A stretch of 64,000 bases of DNA from a virus: IMG/VR virus record IMGVR_UViG_3300028581_000012. One strand, given 5' to 3'. This document shows, one piece after another, positions 1-9,863 of the stretch. The notes below the pieces were generated by a model. It saw only the letters and a list, made by a program, of their open reading frames with translations. It was not told the origin of the DNA and ran no database searches. The translations under genes and the position numbers were made by a program. Every line of letters begins with the position of its first letter. Position 1 is the first letter of the stretch.

Positions 1-1748
1 GGTTGTGTACTTATAGTTCCAGATTGATTAGTCAGACCTGTTAAACTTACTGACGAACCATTACACGAAATATATGATAAAGTTGTAACTCCACTACCAA
101 CTGACCATCCCCAATCAGCGCATTCTTTGAAAATTAAATTATCGTGAAGACCCTGACTACCTCCACCCCAAGAAATGTTAAAAGGAACACCTATTTGTTT
201 TTCTTTTTCACAGTTTAATTCACGAGGTATTATTTCTTCAAAATTTTCAATTACCGTAAATAAGTAACCATTTATATATAATTTTAATCTACCGAGTCTA
301 TACCAAGTATCATCAAACCATTTACGGTCAAAAATAATTCTATAAACTTTATTTTCTTTTGTATCTCCCGAATGAGTTTCAGGTGGCATTATTAAATTAT
401 ATGAAGTTCCATTTAATATTGATTGATAAGTAACTTCTCTAATATCACCAAGACCTCCAAGATTCAATAAGTCGCATTCTTCTATTGTTGTATACCTTTC
501 AAATACAGCAGTAACCATAACCCATCTATCTTCAGTGATTGTTCCACATACATAATCACATATATCATAAATTGGTGGTGTGCAAACTTCAGTTATCGTA
601 TAACCTGTTTGAAAAGTCACCCCTGTAGTTTCACATACTCCTGTGGTAACACAGTCTCCTGTGATTTTTATGTATTTTACACATAAACTTGGATTTAAAG
701 GGCAACCGCTAAATCTCATAGAAAGTGCGTTTGATAATACATCAAATTTTGGGTCCAACGGAGGATTCGGTATTTCTTCGGTACAAGCTCCACCGCAATT
801 ACAACCAATATTATGGTAGGCAGTTGTAGAACTCATAGGGTATAAATTTACACAGTTAGCGTTTGTATATCCGGTTTCGTAACAAGTACAACTACTTAAA
901 CTTGTAAATCCTGATGTTACACGAGTATATCCTGAATCTGATTCTGGACTTCCACCGGCATAATGATAATATTTGTTTTCTGCTCTTGTACCAAAGTAGA
1001 AAAAAGTACCGGCATTATTTGGATATTTAGTGTTTAAATATTCTTGAGTTGAAGTGTCAATAGAATAAAGGTCGATGTTTCTTGGTTTAATCAAAGTTTC
1101 CATTGTCCACCCTTTATTTAGTCTTTCTGGAAAAACTTCATAGTCATAACCGAATAATTTGTAAAAACCTTGATAAAATCCTCCATATAGTTGTTGGTGA
1201 TATCCCGCAACCAAATCTACTACGGAAACTATATTATACATAGATTGTTTTGGTCTACCATTAAATACAATATTTGGTGAGTTAGTGTAACCTGTGACCA
1301 TATGCATTTTCATTCTTCTATCGTAGTAGTATGGGTTAAATTTAAAGTCGTTTCTTATACCCATTGTATAATTCAATGTTTGACCAGTTAAAAGGGTAAA
1401 TAGTCCGTTGTCAGTTGCTGTCAAACCAACATCACAAGTACCTGTGAAAGCAGAAATACAATCCAAATCTACATTATTTGGGTTGTAATAATTTTTGGAA
1501 ACTAATGTTGCACTACTATAAAAATTATTAAATAACATAGATACTTGAGGACAGGTGTCGGGATTAGATAAATCATATATAATCGGTAACCTATTGCCGT
1601 CATTAATTGCTATCAAATCATCTGAAAAAACTACCTCCTCGTCGTAGTCTTTTTCATCCCCAACGAGAGTAAAATCAAAATAATTCCCAAAATTTAATTT
1701 TTGCGAATATTTTGGCGTAAAATATGAATTAATACTTTGACTTGGCAT
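1..1748 (-). CDS. Putative virion structural protein with LamG/ConA-like motifs; 3' end runs off the window
   Basis: Not in the ORF track because there is no stop in the window. ATG at 1748 reads MPSQSINSYFTPKYSQKLNFGNYFDF; spot-checked in-frame segments include RWVMVTAVFERY and GRLKLYINGYL. TATTTAT motif 8 nt upstream. Confidence 0.6.
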   Translation of the reverse strand, partial: MPSQSINSYFTPKYSQKLNFGNYFDFTLVGDEKDYDEEVVFSDDLIAINDGNRLPIIYDLSNPDTCPQVSMLFNNFYSSATLVSKNYYNPNNVDLDCISAFTGTCDVGLTATDNGLFTLLTGQTLNYTMGIRNDFKFNPYYYDRRMKMHMVTGYTNSPNIVFNGRPKQSMYNIVSVVDLVAGYHQQLYGGFYQGFYKLFGYDYEVFPERLNKGWTMETLIKPRNIDLYSIDTSTQEYLNTKYPNNAGTFFYFGTRAENKYYHYAGGSPESDSGYTRVTSGFTSLSSCTCYETGYTNANCVNLYPMSSTTAYHNIGCNCGGACTEEIPNPPLDPKFDVLSNALSMRFSGCPLNPSLCVKYIKITGDCVTTGVCETTGVTFQTGYTITEVCTPPIYDICDYVCGTITEDRWVMVTAVFERYTTIEECDLLNLGGLGDIREVTYQSILNGTSYNLIMPPETHSGDTKENKVYRIIFDRKWFDDTWYRLGRLKLYINGYLFTVIENFEEIIPRELNCEKEKQIGVPFNISWGGGSQGLHDNLIFKECADWGWSVGSGVTTLSYISCNGSSVSLTGLTNQSGTISTQ

Positions 1749-1751
1749 TTT

Positions 1752-1783
1752 TATTTATAAATACTTTAAACGAAGATATTTAT
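1752..1783. promoter_or_regulatory. Divergent pair of putative late-promoter motifs (TATTTAT on each coding strand)
   Basis: ATAAATA at 1757-1763 serves the minus gene at 1748; TATTTAT at 1777-1783 serves the plus gene at 1798. Confidence 0.5.
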
Positions 1784-1797
1784 ATAAAAAGTATTAA

Positions 1798-2523
1798 ATG
1801 AAGACCTATAAATATTCTACAAAAGAAAGAGCTGAAAGGGTTGCAAAAACAATTAATTGTACCGGCTCACACCAACATACTGAAAAAGGTAAGAAAATTT
1901 ACATGCCGTGTAAGAGCCATGAAATATTTTTGAAAAAGACAAAAAACACCGAAGGTGAAGTGACCGAACTTGTAGATTATGATGGAACGTGGGAAACTTC
2001 TTCAGTTCCAATATTAAATCCTGCAACTACTGGAACTAAAAATAATCCAACAATTACCGATAAAATTGTCTTTATGAGTAAAAACCCAAGAGACCCATTA
2101 TTAAGAGGTTGGTATGGATACTATGGTGAAGGTCACGTTAAAGAAATTGATATGTCTAAAGCGTTTGGGTTTGAGGATACTAAATTTATGGATGCAGAAG
2201 AAACAGAAAAGTTTTATAAAAAAGAACTTAAGTTGAAACCTCAAAATGCAAAAATAAGAACACTAGACCAAGGTAAAAAGAAAGGTTTGGACAAAAAAAC
2301 TCCACCTAGTATTAAAAAGAAAAAAGGATTTATTGATAGGGAAATATTAAAAGAACTTGAAACCGATGAATTATATGAAGATATGTTGTTCAACAAAGAC
2401 AAAAAAACGGATGATGGTGTTATTGGGGATTTAATTAAAAAAAATGTTAGAGCGTTAAAAAAAATGGCGAGTGATAATAATGTATCCATTCAAGAATTAA
2501 TTTATATGTTAAAAGATGAATAG
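1798..2523 (+). CDS. Hypothetical protein with an N-terminal Cys/His motif (CxGSHxH...YMPCxxH)
   Basis: 241 aa ORF, late motif upstream, overlaps the next gene. Confidence 0.6.
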   Translation: MKTYKYSTKERAERVAKTINCTGSHQHTEKGKKIYMPCKSHEIFLKKTKNTEGEVTELVDYDGTWETSSVPILNPATTGTKNNPTITDKIVFMSKNPRDPLLRGWYGYYGEGHVKEIDMSKAFGFEDTKFMDAEETEKFYKKELKLKPQNAKIRTLDQGKKKGLDKKTPPSIKKKKGFIDREILKELETDELYEDMLFNKDKKTDDGVIGDLIKKNVRALKKMASDNNVSIQELIYMLKDE

Positions 2524-2980
2524 TTCATTATACGATAGAAAAGCCGTTATACCCGACACATTATTGAAACATTTAGAACAATGTTTTAGTTCTTCTAATG
2601 GTAATGAAAACACTGAAGGGTATAAAAGAAATAAAGAATTAAGAGATTCAAAAGTTGCAACATACCAACAAATAAAAAGAATTAAAAGTTGGTTTGATAA
2701 CTTTAATGGAAATAAAGAAGATGCACCATTCATTTTAAACGGGGGTGATAGAATGAAAAATTGGTGTGATGAGGTTTTAAATACTTGGAGAAATAATGTT
2801 GAGGGTGGAAAAAAAATAAAAAGTGATACAGGAATGCAAAATCAATTTTTAGATACTCACGAAAAAAATGGAGTTAATATTTCACCTAACAAAAGACACG
2901 AAAAAGGAATAAACAAATTTGACACCTCAATAAAAGAAGAAGTTGAAAAAATAAACTATTTAATTAAAAAAATATTATAA
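2516..2980 (+). CDS. Hypothetical protein
   Basis: 154 aa ORF in a tightly coupled operon. Confidence 0.6.
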   Translation: MNSSLYDRKAVIPDTLLKHLEQCFSSSNGNENTEGYKRNKELRDSKVATYQQIKRIKSWFDNFNGNKEDAPFILNGGDRMKNWCDEVLNTWRNNVEGGKKIKSDTGMQNQFLDTHEKNGVNISPNKRHEKGINKFDTSIKEEVEKINYLIKKIL

Positions 2981-3273
2981 TGGCAGTTCAATCAGATAAA
3001 TTAGATTTTTCGCAACCAGACAATACATTGTCTAAAATTGCAGAAGAACAAAGAAAAAAGATGTTTGCAAGAAACGACTTTAAAGAAGTTAACCCGTATT
3101 CATCTGTAAATCCTGCAGCGTTGGCTGATGGTGATGGTAAAGGAAGAGGTACTGGTGGTGATTTAGATATATATAATCAAAACGCAGGAACAATTACCGA
3201 CAGATTTGAAAGAAAAGATGATTTAAAAGTTAATAAATTTTCACCACAAAATCCTTACTACACAGTAACATGA
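2980..3273 (+). CDS. Hypothetical protein
   Basis: 97 aa ORF; TAATG stop/start overlap. Confidence 0.6.
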   Translation: MAVQSDKLDFSQPDNTLSKIAEEQRKKMFARNDFKEVNPYSSVNPAALADGDGKGRGTGGDLDIYNQNAGTITDRFERKDDLKVNKFSPQNPYYTVT

Positions 3274-3659
3274 AACTAGTCAATAATCTTAGTCAATTGA
3301 TTACAGAGATTGCGGCAATTTCTGATATGACGGATTCTATTAAAAAAAGAAACGTAGTATCAATTTATTACGACGGTAAAGACAATGGAGGTAAGGGATA
3401 TAGAGTTATAGAACCCGTTTGTCTTGGGTTTTCAAAAAGAGACAATATGGTATTAAGAGCGTGGGAAAGAGAAGGTTCATCCTATAGTGCGAAAAACGAT
3501 GGTAATTTCTTACCAGGATGGAGGTTATTTAGAGTTGATAAAATCTTTACATATAAACCAACCTTTGATAAGTTTGATACAGTAAGACCTAACTACAACC
3601 CAACAGGGGATAAATCAATGATTAGAGTTTTAGTTAACGCTAAATTTGATAACGAATAA
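3270..3659 (+). CDS. Stand-alone WYL-domain protein
   Basis: IYY...RVIEPVCLG...LRAW...GWRLFRVDKI matches the WYL signature (R.iEP...W.lFr.dri). Confidence 0.75.
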   Translation: MKLVNNLSQLITEIAAISDMTDSIKKRNVVSIYYDGKDNGGKGYRVIEPVCLGFSKRDNMVLRAWEREGSSYSAKNDGNFLPGWRLFRVDKIFTYKPTFDKFDTVRPNYNPTGDKSMIRVLVNAKFDNE

Positions 3660-3675
3660 AAAAAATTAAAATATT

Positions 3676-4317
3676 ATGTCAGCAGCTGAAGATTTAATGC
3701 AAAGATTGGCAGTATCCAAAAAAATTATGGATAGACAAAGCTCAATCAAAAGAGGTGATTTACCACAACATATTAATACAACACCGATGCTTGAAAGTTT
3801 TGAAACACCTCAAGCAACTTATAATTTACCACAAGAGTTTTTGTCTGAACAACCACAATCACAACCAAGGTCAAATTTTGACCCAACTAAACCAATTGAA
3901 CAAACAAAAATTTTGAATTCAAAACTACCCGATGAAATTAAAAAATTAATGATTGAACAACCAATTGTTCAACCAAACTCAATGGGCAGTACCACAATTT
4001 CAAATGATATCATAGAAGGTGCCCAAAGACTTATGAAAATGGATAAACCAAATATGGTACAAGATAATGTAACATCACAACCTAAAACACAACAAAAACA
4101 ACAACAACAAACAACAAATACTTCATTCAATATGAATGAAATGAAAACAATGATTAGAGATGTTATTAGAGATACGGTTAGAGATGTTATTAGAGAAGAA
4201 TTACAAGAGGCGGGTATTTTAAGTGAGTCAACTGAAAACGCAAATGAAGTAATACAATTTAAAGTTGGTAAACATATTTTTATGGGTAGAGTTACCAAAA
4301 TTCAAAAACTTAAATAA
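3676..4317 (+). CDS. Hypothetical protein, Gln/Pro-rich
   Basis: 213 aa ORF followed by a terminator. Confidence 0.6.
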   Translation: MSAAEDLMQRLAVSKKIMDRQSSIKRGDLPQHINTTPMLESFETPQATYNLPQEFLSEQPQSQPRSNFDPTKPIEQTKILNSKLPDEIKKLMIEQPIVQPNSMGSTTISNDIIEGAQRLMKMDKPNMVQDNVTSQPKTQQKQQQQTTNTSFNMNEMKTMIRDVIRDTVRDVIREELQEAGILSESTENANEVIQFKVGKHIFMGRVTKIQKLK

Positions 4318-4336
4318 TTTAAAAAGATTAATAATT

Positions 4337-4365
4337 AAATCCACCTCAAAAGGGTGGATTTTTTA
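4337..4365 (+). terminator. Rho-independent terminator
   Basis: AAATCCACC-loop-GGTGGATTT stem followed by a T tract. Confidence 0.75.
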
Positions 4366-4444
4366 TTGTAATAATTTACCATTTGATAGAACAGGACTAT
4401 TTATGATTATTAAAGTGAAATAAAACATTCAAGAAAACAAAAGC

Positions 4445-5302
4445 ATGGGAAATAAAATAAATTTAGACGAAAAAAAAGTTTTACAAGAATATATTAGTGG
4501 AAAAAGCTCATTGGTGTTGTCATCAGAGTTTGGGGTTTCTAAACCAACAATTTTAAAAATATTAAAAAAACACAATGTAACAAGAAAACGAGATAGGTGT
4601 AATAGTTTAAATATTATTAAAAAAGATGAGTTTTATATTGTTGAAAGAGTTTGTCCTAGTTGTAAGAAAACTATTTTAACTAAGTCAAAAAATAAAACAA
4701 TCGCATGTAGAAATCATTTCAATAAAATTGAAAAAAATATAGAATGTAAAAAATGTTCACTTGAATCCCAAATCGGAACAGGTAACCCGTTTTATGGAAA
4801 GAAACACACAAAAAAAACAAAAAAAGAAATTTCTAAAAGTAGAAAGGGTAAGGGAATGGGGAAAAACAATTCTATGGCAAAATTAGAAAACAGAGAAAAA
4901 TTAAAAGAAATATTACTAAAAAGAATAGAAATTAATCCTATAAATTTTAATAGTAGGTCAAAAAGTGAAATAGAAATATTTGAAAAAATAAAAAAACAAT
5001 TTACTAATACAAAACATAGTAAAGTTTTAAGGCCATATATTTGTGATATTTTTATTCCTGAATTAAATTTAATTATAGAATATAATGGCGACTATTGGCA
5101 TTGTAACCCTAATAAGTATAATTTTGATTATTATCATGAATTAAAAAAAATGTCCGCAGAAGAAATATGGAATTATGACAAAAAGAAAATTGATTTAATA
5201 AAAAGTAATGGTTATAATTTAGAAGTGATTTGGGAAACGGAATACAACAAAAACCCAAAATTAATAAATAAAATTATAAAAAAATATGTCAAAAAAAATT
5301 AA
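4445..5302 (+). CDS. Putative free-standing homing endonuclease (Zn ribbon, NUMOD3, Vsr/DUF559-like nuclease)
   Basis: CPSC...CKKC; NPFYGKKHTKKTKKEIS (NUMOD3); SKSE...DIFIPELNLIIEYNGDYWH...VIWE nuclease motif. Confidence 0.75.
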   Translation: MGNKINLDEKKVLQEYISGKSSLVLSSEFGVSKPTILKILKKHNVTRKRDRCNSLNIIKKDEFYIVERVCPSCKKTILTKSKNKTIACRNHFNKIEKNIECKKCSLESQIGTGNPFYGKKHTKKTKKEISKSRKGKGMGKNNSMAKLENREKLKEILLKRIEINPINFNSRSKSEIEIFEKIKKQFTNTKHSKVLRPYICDIFIPELNLIIEYNGDYWHCNPNKYNFDYYHELKKMSAEEIWNYDKKKIDLIKSNGYNLEVIWETEYNKNPKLINKIIKKYVKKN

Positions 5303-6503
5303 GGTTTTAGTCACCCCTAGCGACCGGACCGGAGTTGGAAAATTCCGTTCAGTAGACCCCCACGTTTGTCTTCAAAATAATCACTCAGATGAGTTTCACG
5401 TAGATATTGACTACGACCCCAAAATCAATGACTATAACTATTGGAAACAATATGACATTGTACATTTTCATAGGTCTATAGGTCAAGATTTTGATATGGC
5501 GGTTGATTTAATTCAAAAATTAAACTCTATTGGTATTATTACAATAATGGATTTAGATGATTATTGGTTACCAACAAAAGAACATCCTATCCATCAGTTA
5601 ATTGTGCAAAATAAATTAAACCAAAAGATAGTTGCAAATTTAAAAGTTGCATCACATATAACAACAACTACATCTTTATTTGCTTCAGAAATTTCTAAAA
5701 TAAATAAAAATGTTCACGTTTTACCAAATGCGATTAACCCAAAAGAACCTCAGTTTAATTACGAAACAAAACCATCAGAAAAACTTCGTTTTGGTTGGTT
5801 AGGGGGTTCTTCACACTTACACGATTTAAAGTTATTAGATGGTGTTGTAAATAAACTTAAAGACTCAAAAGATAAATATTCTTTACATTTATGTGGTTTT
5901 GATACTAGAGGAACTGTAACTGAAATTAACAAACAAACAGGAGAACAAAAACAAAGACCAATTAAACCTGAAGAAACTGTTTGGGCTCGTTATGAAGAAA
6001 TTTTTACAGATAACTACAAAATGGTTTCACCACAACATTTAGAGTATTTAAAAAAGTTTGAAGACGTTGAGTACACCTTAGAACAAGAACCATTTTACAA
6101 TCGTGTTTGGACCAAACCTGTAACATCTTACGCATCAAATTATAGACTTTTTGATGTATCTTTATCCCCTATTAAAAATCATATTTTTAACAGAGTAAAA
6201 TCACAATTAAAAGTAATTGAAGCTGGATTCTATAAAAAAGCGATTATTGCATCAAATATAGGTCCTTATACAATTGATTTAAAACATTCATTAAAAAATG
6301 GTCAATTTACAGATGGAAATGCACTTTTAGTAGATGAATCAAGAAATCATAGTGATTGGGCAAAATATATGAAAAAGTTAATTGATAACCCTAACTTCGC
6401 ATATGACTTAGGTCAAAAATTGTATGAAACTGTTAAAGACACGTACGACCTTAATATTGTCACAAAAAATAGAGCAGACCTATATAAATCCCTAATTAAA
6501 TAA
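5286..6503 (+). CDS. Glycosyltransferase, GT-B fold (GT4-like)
   Basis: MDLDD, LPNAI, FGWLGGSSH, FNRVKSQLKVIEAG, IIASNIGPY motifs. Confidence 0.75.
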   Translation: MSKKIKVLVTPSDRTGVGKFRSVDPHVCLQNNHSDEFHVDIDYDPKINDYNYWKQYDIVHFHRSIGQDFDMAVDLIQKLNSIGIITIMDLDDYWLPTKEHPIHQLIVQNKLNQKIVANLKVASHITTTTSLFASEISKINKNVHVLPNAINPKEPQFNYETKPSEKLRFGWLGGSSHLHDLKLLDGVVNKLKDSKDKYSLHLCGFDTRGTVTEINKQTGEQKQRPIKPEETVWARYEEIFTDNYKMVSPQHLEYLKKFEDVEYTLEQEPFYNRVWTKPVTSYASNYRLFDVSLSPIKNHIFNRVKSQLKVIEAGFYKKAIIASNIGPYTIDLKHSLKNGQFTDGNALLVDESRNHSDWAKYMKKLIDNPNFAYDLGQKLYETVKDTYDLNIVTKNRADLYKSLIK

Positions 6504-6506
6504 AAT

Positions 6507-6749
6507 ATGAACACATTAACACAACAATTAACACCACAAGAAGTATACGATAACTATATCAATCATCCGTCAACAAACGAAAATTTTATGTTGTTTTATA
6601 TTATCACTGATGACTCATCATATAAGTTTAAATCACATCAATTTAATTCAAAAGACGAAACCTATTGTATTTCACTTTTAGAGTCAATTATGGATTTAGA
6701 AGGGTTTGCTGGATTTCCTTTTGGTGGTAAAATAACATCAAATAATTAA
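6507..6749 (+). CDS. Hypothetical protein
   Basis: 80 aa ORF filling the operon gap. Confidence 0.5.
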   Translation: MNTLTQQLTPQEVYDNYINHPSTNENFMLFYIITDDSSYKFKSHQFNSKDETYCISLLESIMDLEGFAGFPFGGKITSNN

Positions 6750-6755
6750 ATAAAA

Positions 6756-7484
6756 ATGATTAATATTCCTATAACAAAAATTTTATTTTTAGATATCGAA
6801 ACTGTAGGTATCTGTAAAGACTGGTCTACTTGTCAAAAAACAAACCCAACTATTGCGGAACAATTTGTTAAATACTTTGATTGGTTTTTAAAAAGATTCC
6901 CTGAAGATGATGTTGAAACAAACGGGTTAGAAGATGAAATGCAAAAAATGAATGATGTCTATTCATTACGTACCGCGTTAGTGCCTGAGTTTGCAAAAAT
7001 TGTTTGTGTGTCAATGGCATTTGTTTTAGAAAATGGTGAGGTTAAAAAACAAACATTTAAAAACGATGATGAAGAAAAACTTCTTTTGGAAGTGAGAAAT
7101 CTTTTGGACCGTTGTCATAAATTGGATTTTTATCTTTGTGGTCACAACCTTAAAAACTTTGACATACCGATGTTAGCTAAACGTATGATTGTAAATGGTA
7201 TTATGCCATCTAAAATACTACCGTCTTACGATACTAAACCTTGGGAAGTTAAAGCCATTGACACTAAAGAAATATGGCAATACGGAGCGTACACCTCAAT
7301 TGGTTCTTTAGATTTAATGTGCTCTTGTTTAGATATACCAACACCTAAAGATGGCGAAATCAATGGAGGAATGGTTCATTCGGCTTATTGGGAGTCTAAC
7401 AGATTAGATGAAATTGCAAAATATTGTGAAAAAGATGTTGATGTATTAATTTCAACAATAAAAAAATTAAAATCATTAAAATAA
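6756..7484 (+). CDS. DEDDy 3'-5' exonuclease (PolB-related stand-alone family)
   Basis: FLDIET (ExoI), GHNLKNFDIP (ExoII), YCEKDV (ExoIII). Confidence 0.85.
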   Translation: MINIPITKILFLDIETVGICKDWSTCQKTNPTIAEQFVKYFDWFLKRFPEDDVETNGLEDEMQKMNDVYSLRTALVPEFAKIVCVSMAFVLENGEVKKQTFKNDDEEKLLLEVRNLLDRCHKLDFYLCGHNLKNFDIPMLAKRMIVNGIMPSKILPSYDTKPWEVKAIDTKEIWQYGAYTSIGSLDLMCSCLDIPTPKDGEINGGMVHSAYWESNRLDEIAKYCEKDVDVLISTIKKLKSLK

Positions 7485-8083
7485 TGTTTGATAAAATAAA
7501 AGATATTAAAAGTAGCGTGAAGGCACTTAAAGACCTTCAAACACAGTTTGGTGATGTGGATATGTCAAACCCTGAAGCGATGTTAAAGTCTATGGGTGTT
7601 GATATGAATGACTTAAACCAACATTTTGAAAGTCAATTTACAAGTTCAGTTGAATTAAAATTTATTAATGAAAGTGAAAATGTTAATCCTGAATATGCTT
7701 ACAAAAGTGATTCAGGTTTTGATTTAAGAGCGTCGGAAGATGTTTGGGTTTTTCCAAACTCAAGGTCATTAGTACCAACCGGTCTAAAATTCAATATTCC
7801 TGACGGATATGAAATCCAAGTTAGGTCAAAAAGTGGTTTGGCATTAAACCAAGGACTATTCGTTTTAAATTCACCAGGAACCGTTGATAGTGGTTATTTA
7901 GGTGAAGTTAAAGTTATTATTTTTAATACAACAACAGAAAAAGTAAAAATAGTAAAAGGTCAGAAAATCGCACAAGCCGTTCTTTGTCCTGTGGTAAATG
8001 GTAAATGGGTTTCTTTAATTCAAACAAAAAGTATGGATGACAAAGACAGAAACGATAATGGATTTGGAAGTACTGGTCTATGA
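7484..8083 (+). CDS. dut: dUTPase with an N-terminal extension
   Basis: SGFDL, RSKSGLA, GTVDSGYLGE, KIAQ, RNDNGFGSTG motifs. Confidence 0.92.
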   Translation: MFDKIKDIKSSVKALKDLQTQFGDVDMSNPEAMLKSMGVDMNDLNQHFESQFTSSVELKFINESENVNPEYAYKSDSGFDLRASEDVWVFPNSRSLVPTGLKFNIPDGYEIQVRSKSGLALNQGLFVLNSPGTVDSGYLGEVKVIIFNTTTEKVKIVKGQKIAQAVLCPVVNGKWVSLIQTKSMDDKDRNDNGFGSTGL

Positions 8084-8232
8084 AAGATAAAAAAAAACTG
8101 TGTGAAGAAATATATAAAACTAAAATCGAATTAGTGATGTCAAAAAAAAATGATGGGTGGTGGAATATTCACATGAAAGAAAAACTAAACCTTTTAGTAG
8201 AAGAATTGAAAAAATTAAATTTAGAATGTTAA
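8080..8232 (+). CDS. Small hypothetical protein (50 aa)
   Basis: MKDKKKLCEEIYKTKIELVMSKKNDGWWNIHMKEKLNLLVEELKKLNLEC. It overlaps the dut stop (ATGA) and the next ATG; it is below the ORF-track length cutoff. Confidence 0.5.
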   Translation: MKDKKKLCEEIYKTKIELVMSKKNDGWWNIHMKEKLNLLVEELKKLNLEC

Positions 8233-9863
8233 CAGTAGGATTTTCAACAAGAAAAGTGGACGACAATTTTGTGTCCATGTTAAAAAAAACATCAGGAGTT
8301 TCTAAAATTGAAATATTACCTGTTGAAAACAATGGTGAATTTTCACTAAGTCAGGTTTACAACAAATTGATAGAGAAATCTGAAAATGACATTATTGTTC
8401 TATGTCACGATGATATATATTTTGATAGCAAAAATTGGGGTTCCAAAATATTAAATTATTTTAAAAGAAATTCTGATTATGGCATTCTTGGTGTTGCAGG
8501 GTCAACTTCACTTCCATCATCAGGCAAATGGTGGGAAGACTTTTCAAAATTAAAAGGAATTGTCAATCACGAACACGATGGAAAAAAATGGGAATCTAAA
8601 TATTCTACAAGTCTTGGAAATCAATTAGACAACGTTTTACTTGTTGATGGTCTTTTTCTTGCAATAAATAAAAAAAATATCAAAAAGAATTTCAACGAAG
8701 ACGTAAAAGGATTTCATTTTTATGATGTGGACTTTTCATTTAGAAACCATTTGGAAGGAGTTAAAATTGGTGTTATGTATGATGTAAGAATTACACATAA
8801 ATCAATCGGGATGACAAATGAACAATGGGAAAAAAATAGAGAAGAATTTGCAGAAAAATTTAAAGATGTTTTACCATTAAAAATTAAAAGAAATTTAACT
8901 TTAGAATCACCATTGAAAGTTATGTTGTCATGTTTGTTTTTCAAAACTTTTACAGGTTCAGAAATGTATGTTTATGAATTGGCAAGAGGGTTAAAAAAAT
9001 TAAATTGTGATGTTACGGTTGTGTCTGATATTAATGGACCTCTATCACAATTGGCAAAACAACAAGGAATTAAAGTTTTACCTTTTCAACAATCGCCCGG
9101 ATATAAGTTGGGTGATGGTAAATGGGGGTTTAACACACCAGAAGGGTTTAAACCAACACAACCAAATGTAATGTATAAAATATCTGATGTTAATTTTGAT
9201 ATTATACATACTCAACATACACCTGTATCAAATCAAATTTGTCAGATGTATCCAAATATTAATAAAATATCAACAATACATTCAGAAGTTATTGAGTTAG
9301 AAAATCCGATATTACACGAATCAATTAAAAAATATGTTTGCATAAGACCTGAAATTCAAGAACATATTATAGAAAAATTTAATATTGATACAAGTAATAC
9401 TGAAGTTGTTTATAATCCAATTGATTCAAAAAGATTTAATACCAATAATACAAAAGATGAAAACTACATTTTATTTGTTGGAACAATTGATTACTTAAGA
9501 GAAAACGCAATTAGAGATTTGGTTTCATATTCTAAAGAAGTGGGAAAAGAATTATGGTTGGTGGGAGAAAATAAATCAAACTACCTTGATGACTTGTTAA
9601 CTAATCAACACGTAAAACATTCCAATGCAACAAGTAGAGTTGAAACGTTTGTTAAAAACTGTTCAGAAACTGCAGGAATACTTCTTGGAAGAACAACCAT
9701 TGAAGGTTGGATGTGTGGAAAACCTGGATGGATTTACAATGTTGAAAGTAGTGGATATATTGTAGATAAAAAATTACACGAACCTCCAAGTGATATTGAA
9801 AAATTTGATTCATTGGAAGTAAGTAAAAAAATAAAAGAATTATATATTAAAATTTTAAATTAA
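8226..9863 (+). CDS. Two-domain glycosyltransferase (GT2-like N-terminus, GT4-like C-terminus)
   Basis: LCHDDI, VDGLFLA, FHFYDVD in the N-terminus; TGSEMYVYELARGL, VVYNPID, GRTTIEG in the C-terminus. Start moved from the GTG at 8157 to the ATG at 8226. Confidence 0.8.
   Translation: MLTVGFSTRKVDDNFVSMLKKTSGVSKIEILPVENNGEFSLSQVYNKLIEKSENDIIVLCHDDIYFDSKNWGSKILNYFKRNSDYGILGVAGSTSLPSSGKWWEDFSKLKGIVNHEHDGKKWESKYSTSLGNQLDNVLLVDGLFLAINKKNIKKNFNEDVKGFHFYDVDFSFRNHLEGVKIGVMYDVRITHKSIGMTNEQWEKNREEFAEKFKDVLPLKIKRNLTLESPLKVMLSCLFFKTFTGSEMYVYELARGLKKLNCDVTVVSDINGPLSQLAKQQGIKVLPFQQSPGYKLGDGKWGFNTPEGFKPTQPNVMYKISDVNFDIIHTQHTPVSNQICQMYPNINKISTIHSEVIELENPILHESIKKYVCIRPEIQEHIIEKFNIDTSNTEVVYNPIDSKRFNTNNTKDENYILFVGTIDYLRENAIRDLVSYSKEVGKELWLVGENKSNYLDDLLTNQHVKHSNATSRVETFVKNCSETAGILLGRTTIEGWMCGKPGWIYNVESSGYIVDKKLHEPPSDIEKFDSLEVSKKIKELYIKILN

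Noticed and set aside
4380-5302. Group I intron around the homing endonucleases (also 52568-53407)
   Set aside because: The flanking genes are complete and I could not identify split exons or intron core elements; both look free-standing.
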